A DNA stretch of 64,000 bases from IMG/VR virus record IMGVR_UViG_3300027749_002876, positions 124,001 through 188,000 of that record; one strand, 5' to 3'. The stretch's first letter is position 1, and each line of letters opens with the position of its first letter. Positions 15,808 to 25,959 of the stretch are shown here, piece after piece. Both the position numbers and the translations under genes were made by a program. The notes below the pieces were generated by a model, which was not told where the DNA came from, ran no database searches, and was given only the letters and a program-made list of their open reading frames with translations.

Positions 15808-16165
15808 TTACTGCGGCTTTGATGGCGTCTTCCGCAAGGATTGAGCAATGGATTTTGACTGGGGGGAGTGCAAGTTCTTCTGCGATTTGAGAGTTTCGGA
15901 GCTTGGCAGCTTCGTCAAGTGTTTTACCTTTGACCCACTCAGTGACAAGACTTGAGCTAGCAATAGCCGACCCGCACCCATATGTTTTAAATTTGGCATC
16001 TGTTATTAATCCTGTTAATTTATCTACTTTAATTTGCAACTTCATTACATCCCCGCATGCAGGGGCACCAACCATACCTGTACCTACATCGTTATCGTCT
16101 TTTGCAAAACTCCCGACGTTTCTTGGATTTTCGTAGTGGTCTATTACAGCGGTTGAGTAAGCCAT
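15776..16165 (-). CDS. iscU: Fe-S cluster scaffold IscU
   Basis: DHYENPRNVG, GAPACGDVM, GCGSAIASSS, LPPVKIHC. Confidence 0.97.
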   Translation of the reverse strand: MAYSTAVIDHYENPRNVGSFAKDDNDVGTGMVGAPACGDVMKLQIKVDKLTGLITDAKFKTYGCGSAIASSSLVTEWVKGKTLDEAAKLRNSQIAEELALPPVKIHCSILAEDAIKAAVNDYKQRHASQ

Positions 16166-16168
16166 ATA

Positions 16169-16285
16169 TTAATCCTTTTTGAACATAGTGAAGATTTTTG
16201 CTTGTATGTTCTTTGCAAACTGCGGTTGAGGGAAATTCCAACCAATAAAAGCACCTAGTGCTAACCAAAATAATGTTTCTAACAT
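16169..16285 (-). CDS. small membrane protein MLETLFWLALGAFIGWNFPQPQFAKNIQAKIFTMFKKD
   Basis: Translated by hand; AAGGAG SD; fills the gap before iscU. Confidence 0.65.
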   Translation of the reverse strand: MLETLFWLALGAFIGWNFPQPQFAKNIQAKIFTMFKKD

Positions 16286-16312
16286 ATTATATACTCCTTG
16301 TGTATGATGTAT

Positions 16313-16879
16313 TTATGCAATTGATTCTTCATCGTCTAATACAATCCAACCCAATTTCAACAAATCTTCTCGTATCTCATCAGTTACCATACCTTCACCT
16401 ACATACGCTTTGTTTTGCATATACATTTCTTGCTGTTTAGTGGTTAGTTTTTGAAATTCATCATCATCTAATTCTTTTGCATTTCTGATACCACTACAAT
16501 ACCAGTCAATATAGTCGCCTTTTTCTTGCATATCAGCAACAATACCGCCGGCGTGTCTCCAACTGCAACTCCAGCGTTTTTCAGTTAATATAGGCCATAC
16601 ATCATTTTTAGTAAAGTCTCGGTTACACATTGCGGCATACAAGTTTTGTGCATACACAGCATCACCTTTAACTTTATCAACAATCCATTGAGTACTACGC
16701 AAATCATACTCCATGTTATCTTTTTGCCAATTAGGATCTACTATGTTTTCTTCATCCTGTTCACGCCAAGATTTATACATATCAATGTAGTCAGGATTGG
16801 GCTCTTTGCCTTCTTCTTCACAGCGTTTAACATACCCTTCTTTTTGAAAGGTATGTCGTTCTGGGCTACTACTTATCAT
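16313..16879 (-). CDS. hypothetical phage protein
   Basis: YAQNLYAAMCN...SCSWR...DYIDWYCSG. Confidence 0.7.
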   Translation of the reverse strand: MISSSPERHTFQKEGYVKRCEEEGKEPNPDYIDMYKSWREQDEENIVDPNWQKDNMEYDLRSTQWIVDKVKGDAVYAQNLYAAMCNRDFTKNDVWPILTEKRWSCSWRHAGGIVADMQEKGDYIDWYCSGIRNAKELDDDEFQKLTTKQQEMYMQNKAYVGEGMVTDEIREDLLKLGWIVLDDEESIA

Positions 16880-17345
16880 CTTCTACCTCTATCCATGTGT
16901 GGTCACCTAACCATTTAACTTTGCAAATATACTCATAGTCTACTGGCTTGCTAGTAGACCAATCATAGGGTCCATTAATACTCAATCTAGTAAACTGTTT
17001 ACGTGTGTCAAACAATAACCAATATACATTACCATTCGATAATTGAAAATCGTATTTGGCTGCATGTACCATATCAGTTAAATCAAGTCTATGTTTAATC
17101 TGATCTGCTTGTTTTTGCAACACAGTAACTAATTCCATAATTCTATCATACTCTTGCTTGGCATGCAACCGTGCAACATTAAGCATAATGTCTTTATATT
17201 TCTCTACCGGTACTAGATCAAATTTAGGGCCACTACTTTCAGTAGCATATGGAGTAACATTACGGTTAAAAAAAGGAATAAGTGAACCGGTTGAAGTAGA
17301 GTCATAACTACTGACACCATTTGCTGAATTAGGTTTATCACTCAT
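16869..17345 (-). CDS. hypothetical protein (DUF2452-like)
   Basis: PYAT...PKF, coiled coil, AKYDF...YWL, DHTW. Confidence 0.6.
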   Translation of the reverse strand: MSDKPNSANGVSSYDSTSTGSLIPFFNRNVTPYATESSGPKFDLVPVEKYKDIMLNVARLHAKQEYDRIMELVTVLQKQADQIKHRLDLTDMVHAAKYDFQLSNGNVYWLLFDTRKQFTRLSINGPYDWSTSKPVDYEYICKVKWLGDHTWIEVEDDK

Positions 17346-17351
17346 AAGTTA

Positions 17352-17975
17352 TTATATCTTATCTTCATTTGCTACAACAGTCTTTTGGGTGTTCTTTGAT
17401 TTTATCTGTTTGCTATAAAAAATATGATTACCAATTTTAGCCACTTGTTTATAAGGCCATAAAGGATCTACCTGCAAATTATGAAAGAATAATGTAGATT
17501 TTGGAACTACATCTTCATATGCATCGTAAGCCATTACATCATATGCAATGGCTTTTGCTTGTACATAACCAAGATTGTTTTTATTTGGTTCACCTTTGTT
17601 TTCACATACCCAACTAAACTGGCATATTTTAGCTTTGTACATATCACCATATTCATTTTCTTTTTCAATATAAGTTGCTTGATATATAACATTGCATGGG
17701 GTAGAACCAAACCCATGACGAATGCGATTCATTACTACTCTGGCTATTGCGGCTTGTCCATTTAATGATTCCCCATTTGATTCATAGAAAATGTTTTTTG
17801 CCATACAGGCTAGTTGTTTTGGATCTACTGCTTTTGCTACTCTAGCTACTTCAGCGACAGGCTCAGGTGTACTATTAAATAAGAAATATCTTTCTTCAGT
17901 ATTAGTAAGAAATAAACCAACTACTAGTACTAGTAAGCCGGTGAGTACTCTTAAAAATTTAATTTTATCGCTCAT
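17352..17975 (-). CDS. cell wall hydrolase, SleB/Hydrolase_2 family
   Basis: CMAKNIFYESNGE...VVMNR...CQFSW...IGNHIFY; N-terminal TM segment. Confidence 0.9.
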   Translation of the reverse strand: MSDKIKFLRVLTGLLVLVVGLFLTNTEERYFLFNSTPEPVAEVARVAKAVDPKQLACMAKNIFYESNGESLNGQAAIARVVMNRIRHGFGSTPCNVIYQATYIEKENEYGDMYKAKICQFSWVCENKGEPNKNNLGYVQAKAIAYDVMAYDAYEDVVPKSTLFFHNLQVDPLWPYKQVAKIGNHIFYSKQIKSKNTQKTVVANEDKI

Positions 17976-17992
17976 AAGAAACTTCCTTTTGT

Positions 17993-19969
17993 TTATGCAA
18001 GAAGCCAGCAATCACAGTTGCAACGGATAACCTCTTCAATTGCTTGATTAACAGTGTAAGTACTTGGCATTAATGTTGATGATGTATACCATGAATTTAA
18101 GTTAGGCGATATTAAGTTAGAATACGGTGATCCTGCAAATGAGCCCGGTTCTGCTGGATCACCAATATCAATAGGTTGACCTGGTACTTGTCCTCCAAAA
18201 ATAGGATTAGTTATTATATATTCTCCGGTACCAACATTTATACTGCCTCCTGGTTGAGGCTTTATATCTACTCTATTACGAATTGTAACAGGTGTAGATG
18301 GTGTTGTGGTATTAGGAATAAACGGTGTTACTGGCCCAGCAGTAATAGCACCACTAGGGATATTTGGGTTAGCCAATCCAGTTGGTAATGTTCCGTTTGC
18401 TATTAATACTTTTTGCTGGTCATATGGTAATTTGTCAAGTATATTGTTATCTAACGAAACACCGATTGCTGACAAGCGATCTTGGTTACGATTCTCTCTC
18501 ATCATACCAACAATACTCTGTCCACCTATTGTGTCCCAATTAGTAATGTTTTCTATTGTTTGAGCATACATGTGTGGTTCAGTATTTTTTCCATATTGCG
18601 GTACAGAATCAACAAATGTGTAAATTGTTGTTGGGTATAATGATAAAAAATTCTGTCTAGGATTATCTAATGGTGGACGCAATCCTTCTTGTCTAGCACG
18701 TTGTTCAATAGTTAATTGAAAACCAGTAGAGTTCCAGTAGTCATTTAACTTCTGACAATCTGCTTTGTTGTTGATATTAATAGAATCAATTTCTGCATTT
18801 GCTTGACCGATATAACCTGATATAGGAGTGTTCATACCCGGGCTAGCGCCGCCTGCTGGCCAAAACCAAGTTCCCTGACTGACAATTCTTTTATAAGAGA
18901 TTGAAAACCCGGGAGTGTTCTGTCCATCAGTAGAAAAATCACCATTGGCCTGTACAGGTAACATTTGAATAGGAGGTGATTCAATTGTGATGATTTCTTC
19001 TGGCATGTTAGCACGAACCCAACCATCATCTTTAGGTGGATAGTGAGGCGGGGTAGTCACTGGATATATTGTCACAGCCCAATTATCTTGTACAGTGTGT
19101 GCCCATAAATAAGACCCACCAAAATTATCACTAGTTGATACTCTACCAAACATACCGGGAATCTCGTTATCATCTCTACCCACGTTTGATACAGAAGTTG
19201 CACCTACATTGTTAGGGACAATAGTAACGATAGGATTAGGTGCAGTACCGCGTCCATAACCGCCACCAACTACATCTAATTGGAAAGTAATTCTATAGTA
19301 CCAATCATATTCTTCAGCCGAACCCGGGTCTACCCAGTATACCGGTGAGTCTGTCGGGGGATATGTATATTCGACCGGATCATATTTAGGGCTTTCAGGA
19401 TCCGGGTCATAATTTGGATTAGCTGGATTAGCACCCGGCGTTGGTGGTACATATGGTTTAGTAATTACATACCAATATGGTTGTGCGATACCCATTTTAG
19501 CTCGTTGTTCTGTTACTGCAAGATATGTTTCATGGTATATGTTGAATAACTTGCGTGTTGCTAATTGTTTTAGCTTGTTATATATACCTTCAAGACCACA
19601 TTCAGGTAATAGAGGGCCTAAATATGAGCGCCCATTGTAGGGTAATCCACTCATGCAACCAAAAAAGTCACTCATTGTATAAGACCCTTGTGGGCCACTT
19701 CCCAATGCAATCTTTGGTCTACCGGCAGTGCGTAGCGGTAAATTAGTAGGAACTAAATTAGTGCTATTACTATTAGTATTCAATCCTACCATTGTTTCAA
19801 TATTAGTCACAACTTGTGCAAACTTTTCAATTGATACTTCTTGTATGTTTTGAATCTGTTGCATTGTTGCGCTAAATGCTCCGGCACCTACGGCAATTTC
19901 AGGAGGCAGTATACCTGATAGATATGAACCATATCCTTTTGCTGGTTGTTGTATTTGTATGGTTGCCAT
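17993..19969 (-). CDS. hypothetical virion/baseplate-region protein
   Basis: 658-aa ORF between the PAAR-linked gene and sleB; ends CNCDCW. Confidence 0.65.
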   Translation of the reverse strand: MATIQIQQPAKGYGSYLSGILPPEIAVGAGAFSATMQQIQNIQEVSIEKFAQVVTNIETMVGLNTNSNSTNLVPTNLPLRTAGRPKIALGSGPQGSYTMSDFFGCMSGLPYNGRSYLGPLLPECGLEGIYNKLKQLATRKLFNIYHETYLAVTEQRAKMGIAQPYWYVITKPYVPPTPGANPANPNYDPDPESPKYDPVEYTYPPTDSPVYWVDPGSAEEYDWYYRITFQLDVVGGGYGRGTAPNPIVTIVPNNVGATSVSNVGRDDNEIPGMFGRVSTSDNFGGSYLWAHTVQDNWAVTIYPVTTPPHYPPKDDGWVRANMPEEIITIESPPIQMLPVQANGDFSTDGQNTPGFSISYKRIVSQGTWFWPAGGASPGMNTPISGYIGQANAEIDSININNKADCQKLNDYWNSTGFQLTIEQRARQEGLRPPLDNPRQNFLSLYPTTIYTFVDSVPQYGKNTEPHMYAQTIENITNWDTIGGQSIVGMMRENRNQDRLSAIGVSLDNNILDKLPYDQQKVLIANGTLPTGLANPNIPSGAITAGPVTPFIPNTTTPSTPVTIRNRVDIKPQPGGSINVGTGEYIITNPIFGGQVPGQPIDIGDPAEPGSFAGSPYSNLISPNLNSWYTSSTLMPSTYTVNQAIEEVIRCNCDCWLLA

Positions 19970-19995
19970 ATTATTTTATTCGATTATTGAAAGTA

Positions 19996-22311
19996 TCATA
20001 CACTTTGCCGCCCCGGTGTAATTGCAGTTTGCGTAATATTATTTAATTCGGCTGAGGCATTGGCCGTAGCTGATGCAGATTGTATAATATCTCTGATAGG
20101 CGGGGTACCTATTGGAGTTTGTGTTCCAATTTGAGCTAATATAGCAGTGCTAGTTAAGTTGGGATTGATTGATCCATTAACATATATTGGATAATAAACT
20201 TTACTATTGGGATATGTTACTACAGGCTCTTCGGGTGGAGGGGGTTCAATGATGATAACGTCACCGGCTGGACCCCATGTAATAGTTTTATTACTAATGG
20301 TTACAGACCAGGGTGAAGCCCCAGAATTTTTAGACACATGTCCAATTACGATTCCAGATTTTTTGGGGTCATAGTAAATATTGTAATCATATATCAATAT
20401 TTGGTCATATATTACGGTTGTCCCTTGCATAATCTTGTACCCGGTAAAGCTCTTACCTGACGCTGATATTTCACTTATTACAGTAAATTTATATTCAACC
20501 CCATCAAGCAACACAGGATTAGCACCGTTGGTATTAGCCAATAATGTATTTCCATAATAATTGACACCGTTTGGTTGCACAGCAACTCCAGCCCAAAATG
20601 ATTCAATTTGTGTAGATGGATATACTGGGTTGGGGGCAAAAGGTACATTAGGTGGTAATGGTGGAACTGTGGGAGTTGGCGCTTGACTCACATTATTAAT
20701 AATCATACCTTGCCCTTGTATATAACCTTGAGCGATTGCGGCATTATTACAACGAACTACCACTGCAAAATGTCCAGTAGGATTTTGAGCAAAATAACTA
20801 TTAGATTTAAATGTGAACTCAAATGTACATCTACCAGAACCAATGTTGTAATTATTAGTAGTTGTAGATGTTAACTCATAGTAATCATTTGGTGGACTAG
20901 TATTAGTATATACCCATGGTGTTGCGTCAATAGTAACGCCAAGAGGGGAAGCTGGTGCGGGAGGTAACGGGGTAGGTGGTATTACAGTTGTGGATGGGGC
21001 GGCCATGTTATAAACAGGAACAGTTAATGTATCATAACTATTTGGAAACATTTTCTTTGGGTTCAATAAGTCAGCCAGTGATGATAATCCTGCTGTCTTA
21101 CAGTTTAATGGAACTAACACTTCAGCTAATGTTTCTCCTACTGTAATATAGTAAGCGGCATATAATTTGCGTTCTTGGTCTTGAGTTGGTTGTGATATAT
21201 TTGATATGATTTCTCCCAGTACATCAACCGGGATACCGGCCGATATAATTGCTAAACTTAAATTCTTAGTTAACGCATTATATTTCACTAATGTTTTTAA
21301 TAAGTTTGACGGTAAACCATAGGTAGCAATAGTAGATAAATCAATTGCTTTGCCCAATGTTATCAAGTCTTGACCAAATGCTTTTGTTGCTAAACTTATA
21401 TTAGTAATATCTGCTGATATTAGGTCATTCATATTACTAAATGTTCCACTTAAAAAGTCTTTACTATTATCTACACTAAGAATAGCATTATTAGAATAAC
21501 CAATGAAGCCATAAGCACTTTGCCATTGTTGTAGGAAATCTCGGTAACCTGCAGGATTAAGACTGTTACCTTGCTCTAATGTAGAATTGTAGTTAAACTC
21601 CATCCACGCCTGTAATGGAAGTAATCTTAAATATGCCCATTGAGTTGCCGGATTAGGATCGGGTCCTTCTAAGTTATTTTTATAAGTTGATCCGCCCCAT
21701 CCTTTAGTATCACCTAAACTAAATGTTCCAGTGCCAAATCTACCAATTAATTCTTCCCAAGTATAGACTAAAGCTTTGGCATTACCTAACCCCGGCACTT
21801 GATTATCAATAACAAATGTGCCCGGAGTTGTTGCTTTACCATATGATGCAGTAGAAAATACTCTGAATTTACCAGCAGTTCCACTTTCAACTAGCCAATT
21901 GCCATTATACCCATCGGGAGTAGCACCGTTGATTCTCACATATGACCCGGATGTTAGTGCAAATGATTGATTATATTTTACATCAAAATAAAATTGTTCT
22001 GTACCTAAAACTACCCCAGAAGTAATACTAGTGATAGGAATAGCCCTAGTACCACCACCTATACTAATTAAGTTGTTATAAACTGAGGTATATGGTATAC
22101 CATCTGCGTTGCCATAGTATCCTTCATGTATAGCATGTGTAATGACACGCAACACGGTTTCTTGTACTACTCTACCAAAAGTATAGCTAGGAAAGTTGTG
22201 TGATGTTCCCATCCATGAAACAAATTTAGGGTTTATTTGTAAACCCTGTACATTTAACAGTGCATTGAGGCTATTAACCCCTAATGGACTTTGCTTTCCT
22301 GTATCGCTCAT
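19996..22311 (-). CDS. hypothetical virion/baseplate-region protein
   Basis: 771-aa ORF overlapping the PAAR stop; internal Pro-rich linkers. Confidence 0.65.
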   Translation of the reverse strand: MSDTGKQSPLGVNSLNALLNVQGLQINPKFVSWMGTSHNFPSYTFGRVVQETVLRVITHAIHEGYYGNADGIPYTSVYNNLISIGGGTRAIPITSITSGVVLGTEQFYFDVKYNQSFALTSGSYVRINGATPDGYNGNWLVESGTAGKFRVFSTASYGKATTPGTFVIDNQVPGLGNAKALVYTWEELIGRFGTGTFSLGDTKGWGGSTYKNNLEGPDPNPATQWAYLRLLPLQAWMEFNYNSTLEQGNSLNPAGYRDFLQQWQSAYGFIGYSNNAILSVDNSKDFLSGTFSNMNDLISADITNISLATKAFGQDLITLGKAIDLSTIATYGLPSNLLKTLVKYNALTKNLSLAIISAGIPVDVLGEIISNISQPTQDQERKLYAAYYITVGETLAEVLVPLNCKTAGLSSLADLLNPKKMFPNSYDTLTVPVYNMAAPSTTVIPPTPLPPAPASPLGVTIDATPWVYTNTSPPNDYYELTSTTTNNYNIGSGRCTFEFTFKSNSYFAQNPTGHFAVVVRCNNAAIAQGYIQGQGMIINNVSQAPTPTVPPLPPNVPFAPNPVYPSTQIESFWAGVAVQPNGVNYYGNTLLANTNGANPVLLDGVEYKFTVISEISASGKSFTGYKIMQGTTVIYDQILIYDYNIYYDPKKSGIVIGHVSKNSGASPWSVTISNKTITWGPAGDVIIIEPPPPEEPVVTYPNSKVYYPIYVNGSINPNLTSTAILAQIGTQTPIGTPPIRDIIQSASATANASAELNNITQTAITPGRQSV

Positions 22312-22580
22312 GGGACATACACATCAGGACTACCTTGTGCCATATGATGACCACAACTATTACCTGACCCTACTCTAGCTACTGCTATACCGTCGGCGTA
22401 TACACTAGGGCTAGCATCTGTTATTGTAGCACTATTATGAGGGCCTTTAAAAGGATTATGTGGGCTAATCTTGCTGCCTTGCTGTGCTACTAATATTCCA
22501 TTAGCAAAGACTGTGCTGGCACCTGCAATGATTGCACCCTTCATCTCATTTGTATCACCTATGCGGCATATTTGTGGCAT
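22308..22580 (-). CDS. PAAR-repeat spike tip protein
   Basis: CRIGD, STVFANG, SVYADGIAVARVG, CGH, GSPDV. Confidence 0.9.
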   Translation of the reverse strand: MPQICRIGDTNEMKGAIIAGASTVFANGILVAQQGSKISPHNPFKGPHNSATITDASPSVYADGIAVARVGSGNSCGHHMAQGSPDVYVP

Positions 22581-22583
22581 TAA

Positions 22584-22889
22584 TTATCCTAATACAATTT
22601 TTTTATCTGGTACTTTGATACCAGTCGTTGCTTCTAAATACTTCATTTTGATACTATCATCAGTTTCAGCATAGAGAGCAATACTAGTAGTATTTAGCTT
22701 AAATTCACCCTTTGGATTTGCGGTAAATACGCTAGGGATCATTTGCATACCCTGTTGAGTAGGAGCGATAGAGACCGGCTCTTCAATTTGAATAAACTCA
22801 CTACCTGCTTGAATTACTTTTGCTATAAGTTCTTCTCCTGAGTTGAGTTTAAATGTATATACTGTATTTGGATGTATTGCTATTTGCAT
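22584..22889 (-). CDS. hypothetical phage protein (Sm-like fold possible)
   Basis: FKLNSGEELIAKV...YLEATTGI. Confidence 0.65.
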   Translation of the reverse strand: MQIAIHPNTVYTFKLNSGEELIAKVIQAGSEFIQIEEPVSIAPTQQGMQMIPSVFTANPKGEFKLNTTSIALYAETDDSIKMKYLEATTGIKVPDKKIVLG

Positions 22890-23119
22890 TAATTACTTTC
22901 TGTTAATTTTTGTTTAAGTTCAGTGAAACCACCGATTAGTACGCCATCTAAAATGATTTGTGGTACTGTACGTGCTGACGGGATTGCTTCAAGCAATTCT
23001 TCTTTGGTAAATCCATCTCCAATCTTACGTTCTTCGAATGCTATACCTTTACTTGTTAATAGTGCCTTTGCTTGATCGCAATAGGGACAATGATATTTAC
23101 TCCATACGATTGCTGTCAT
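22889..23119 (-). CDS. glutaredoxin
   Basis: CPYC, RTVPQI, IGGFTEL. Confidence 0.95.
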   Translation of the reverse strand: MTAIVWSKYHCPYCDQAKALLTSKGIAFEERKIGDGFTKEELLEAIPSARTVPQIILDGVLIGGFTELKQKLTESN

Positions 23120-23130
23120 TTTGTTCTCTT

Positions 23131-24021
23131 TTATTTTGTAGTTACTTGAATATTACTTACACTCCAATATGAGCTACTGTTATTACATAATGCTCCCCAA
23201 CCGCAACTACCATTCCACCATGGTGCAGAGCCTGGACCAGTTGGACTGTAACCTTGCCAGAATGAAATAACAGGCCAATAGCCATTCTTCATTGTGGTTA
23301 CTAAATCATTCATGTCAACTGTGCCACTACCTTGCGCCCCGGTTCCATCATTTGTGTCATATACTACAACACTTGTAGAACCTTGTTGATAAGTCACTAT
23401 CATTCTAGGTGTATCGTATGTGATAGTTGTAACCATGTCAAACGGCTTACTCATATCAATACTAGTTATATCATGCAACCCATTAGTTGGATCATTTTTC
23501 ATATTAGCACTAGTAAAGCAACTGTTGTTCAGTGCGGTGCTGGCATATGAATATTCATACCGCTGTGGTGCTGAACTACCCCCGGCACCTAAATGTAGTG
23601 TAGTTTGAAACAACTTGTTACCGTTTGTTTCCATAAAATCAAGTTCTCTACAGTTCCATTGGGTATTGTTTCCGCCTGCGTCACAATAATTGTTTCCAAT
23701 TGGTTGCACTGACGGGTTATTTGGATTCTGTATCAAGTAGATACTAGCGTTAACATAGTTGTTTGACAACTTGCTTAAATCAACAGTGGCTCTGAACTCA
23801 GTGATGTTGGTATAGCTTTGTGTTGAAACAATTCTGCCGGCTTGACATTGAGTATTTGATCCAAATGTCACAGAGTTCCCACTGATAGTAGGTGCACCAC
23901 CTGATGTGCAATTTGCTGTGTAATCTAATACAAATGCAGGCGCAATTGATTTGGGGGCGTCTGTTGTCTTTGAGCATGCCGCTAGAAAGACTAAACTTAA
24001 TATAACTAATAATTTTTTCAT
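23131..24021 (-). CDS. lipoprotein with a GH7-like (clan GH-B) glycoside hydrolase domain
   Basis: LAAC lipobox; YCDA, CRELDFMETN (ExDxxE), IDMSKPF, VISFW. Confidence 0.65.
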   Translation of the reverse strand: MKKLLVILSLVFLAACSKTTDAPKSIAPAFVLDYTANCTSGGAPTISGNSVTFGSNTQCQAGRIVSTQSYTNITEFRATVDLSKLSNNYVNASIYLIQNPNNPSVQPIGNNYCDAGGNNTQWNCRELDFMETNGNKLFQTTLHLGAGGSSAPQRYEYSYASTALNNSCFTSANMKNDPTNGLHDITSIDMSKPFDMVTTITYDTPRMIVTYQQGSTSVVVYDTNDGTGAQGSGTVDMNDLVTTMKNGYWPVISFWQGYSPTGPGSAPWWNGSCGWGALCNNSSSYWSVSNIQVTTK

Positions 24022-24031
24022 ATTTTTCCTT

Positions 24032-25132
24032 TTAAATATTTGGTAACTCGTCATAGTCTAATGATTCTCCCATTACACCAATGACATAATTTGTGCTTTC
24101 TGTTTCTTGTAATGCAGATTGCTTTTTACTTGTATCGCTATGTTTATTGAACCAAGGAATAGGTGTTGTTTTAGGAGCACTGGATTGATATTTAATACCA
24201 ATTTCCTTCAAGGCAGAAACAGCCGTGTAATCAACAAAGTCTTTCAATACAGTTGCATTCAATCCAATGACTGGGCCCATCTTAAACAAATAGTCTGCCC
24301 AATCTTTTTCTTCACGAATAACATCCATATAAAGTTGATAGACTTCATTTTCACATTCAGATTTAACTTGTGCAAAACGACTATCTTCTTTAACTACTTG
24401 GTTAATAAGGTAGGCAGTCCAGCCTTTATGGAGAAGCTCATCTTGGAGAATTAAACTGATAATATTGCCATTACCAATAAAGATTTTGTTCTCAACCATT
24501 GCTAACGATGTAGCGAATGATACCATAAAGCGGAATGCTTCCAATGCGTAACTGGCATGTAATGCCATATAAATTGCCTTGATATGTTCTTTTTCAGTAA
24601 CTAGTTCACCTAGTTGTTTGCGGCAATTGACTACATGCAATGCCTCATAATAGTCACCTACACTGCTTGCCATATCTACGATCTCTTTAGTGTCATGTAT
24701 AGTAGCGAACACATCCTTGGGAACGTTGTAGATATTACGAATAATGTGACTGTACGATTTACTATGAATGTTTGTTTCAAAGAATGTCCAGTTGTAGACC
24801 AATGCTTCTAATTCTGGCAAACTGATTACCGGCATAAAGATTTGACTTGGGCCACGACCTTGTAAACTGTCTAGTGCTGTTTGTCTTAGCAAGTTACTAG
24901 TAAAAATATGCTTGACTGCATCGCTGGCATCTTTGAAGTCGTTGCTGTCTTTGGTAAGACTAATCTCTTCCGGTTGCCAGAAGAAACCACGTGCAGTAGC
25001 TTCAAAGTCTGCAATTTTCTTGTACTTGACTTCTTCAAAGCGTTGAATAGTAACTGGACCTGCTGGGTCTAGAAACATCTTACGATTGAGATAATCTGTT
25101 TTTGTATTTAGGTTATATTGTTGTTTACTCAT
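24032..25132 (-). CDS. nrdB: ribonucleotide reductase class Ia beta subunit
   Basis: FFWQPEE, ETNIHSKSY, EAFRF, DELLH, QETE...Y. Confidence 0.95.
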   Translation of the reverse strand: MSKQQYNLNTKTDYLNRKMFLDPAGPVTIQRFEEVKYKKIADFEATARGFFWQPEEISLTKDSNDFKDASDAVKHIFTSNLLRQTALDSLQGRGPSQIFMPVISLPELEALVYNWTFFETNIHSKSYSHIIRNIYNVPKDVFATIHDTKEIVDMASSVGDYYEALHVVNCRKQLGELVTEKEHIKAIYMALHASYALEAFRFMVSFATSLAMVENKIFIGNGNIISLILQDELLHKGWTAYLINQVVKEDSRFAQVKSECENEVYQLYMDVIREEKDWADYLFKMGPVIGLNATVLKDFVDYTAVSALKEIGIKYQSSAPKTTPIPWFNKHSDTSKKQSALQETESTNYVIGVMGESLDYDELPNI

Positions 25133-25138
25133 TTTAAT

Positions 25139-25957
25139 TTACTTTTTGTTATAATAATATTCTATAGGATGCTCATGCACTATTTTAGGATAATTCCAAT
25201 TCCACTCATTTGTTATTAATTTATTAAAAACAATTTCAGATACAACTGTGTTCATTTCTAGTGTGAAATGACATCCCATTACTTCTGGCTTTTCTATGTA
25301 GTTTTCACTTTCAGCATATTTTAATCCAAACGTAGACCATTGATACTCAACTAAATCACTTAGTCCTATATTTATATAAGGAGCCGATTGCTTGAAACAA
25401 GGGATTATTATTGTTTTTGGCGCTTTTTTTAGAATATCATCAACCATAAGTTGCTGGGCCATTGATAGGAATTTATCATCTTTAATCATGTGCCAAGTGG
25501 TTAGATCATAAACCATTCGTATTTCACTGTTAGTTAGCTTATATGATTGTTTTATAGACTCTAATTGCTTAATACTAGATGCTTGGTATGTTGGATTTGG
25601 GGCAACAGTTGGTAATAATACTTTTTGAGTATATCTATTTGGATCTGTGACTAAAACTATATTAATATCATAGTTTTGATAATTATTCATAAAAGTATTG
25701 TACGCAAAGAGAAATGGTGTTCCACCAGCACAAAAATTATCTATACTTTTTAATTGTAATCTAATAGCTAGCCGTGTTGGCCACCAATCACCTATATTTG
25801 CAACAACAAATTCATTCTCTTTTGGTAATGGTGGTCCATCGCCGAAGCTGTCACCGTATATTGCCATACGTAAGTTGCTGTTAGGATTTATGTCAACAAC
25901 ATACCGACCTTCGGGCCACTCACCACCGGTTCTATATGTGATACTTTGATATTCCAT
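25139..25957 (-). CDS. hypothetical SGNH/GDSL-like protein inserted between nrdA and nrdB
   Basis: IYGDSF, WPTRLA, C-terminal CHF...N. Confidence 0.55.
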   Translation of the reverse strand: MEYQSITYRTGGEWPEGRYVVDINPNSNLRMAIYGDSFGDGPPLPKENEFVVANIGDWWPTRLAIRLQLKSIDNFCAGGTPFLFAYNTFMNNYQNYDINIVLVTDPNRYTQKVLLPTVAPNPTYQASSIKQLESIKQSYKLTNSEIRMVYDLTTWHMIKDDKFLSMAQQLMVDDILKKAPKTIIIPCFKQSAPYINIGLSDLVEYQWSTFGLKYAESENYIEKPEVMGCHFTLEMNTVVSEIVFNKLITNEWNWNYPKIVHEHPIEYYYNKK

Positions 25958-25959
25958 AT

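Noticed and set aside
13675-16165. Bacterial chromosome origin suggested by ahpC/ahpD/iscU
   Set aside because: iscU lacks its isc operon neighbours, and the context (PAAR, fibres, late motifs, dense one-strand coding) is phage-like.
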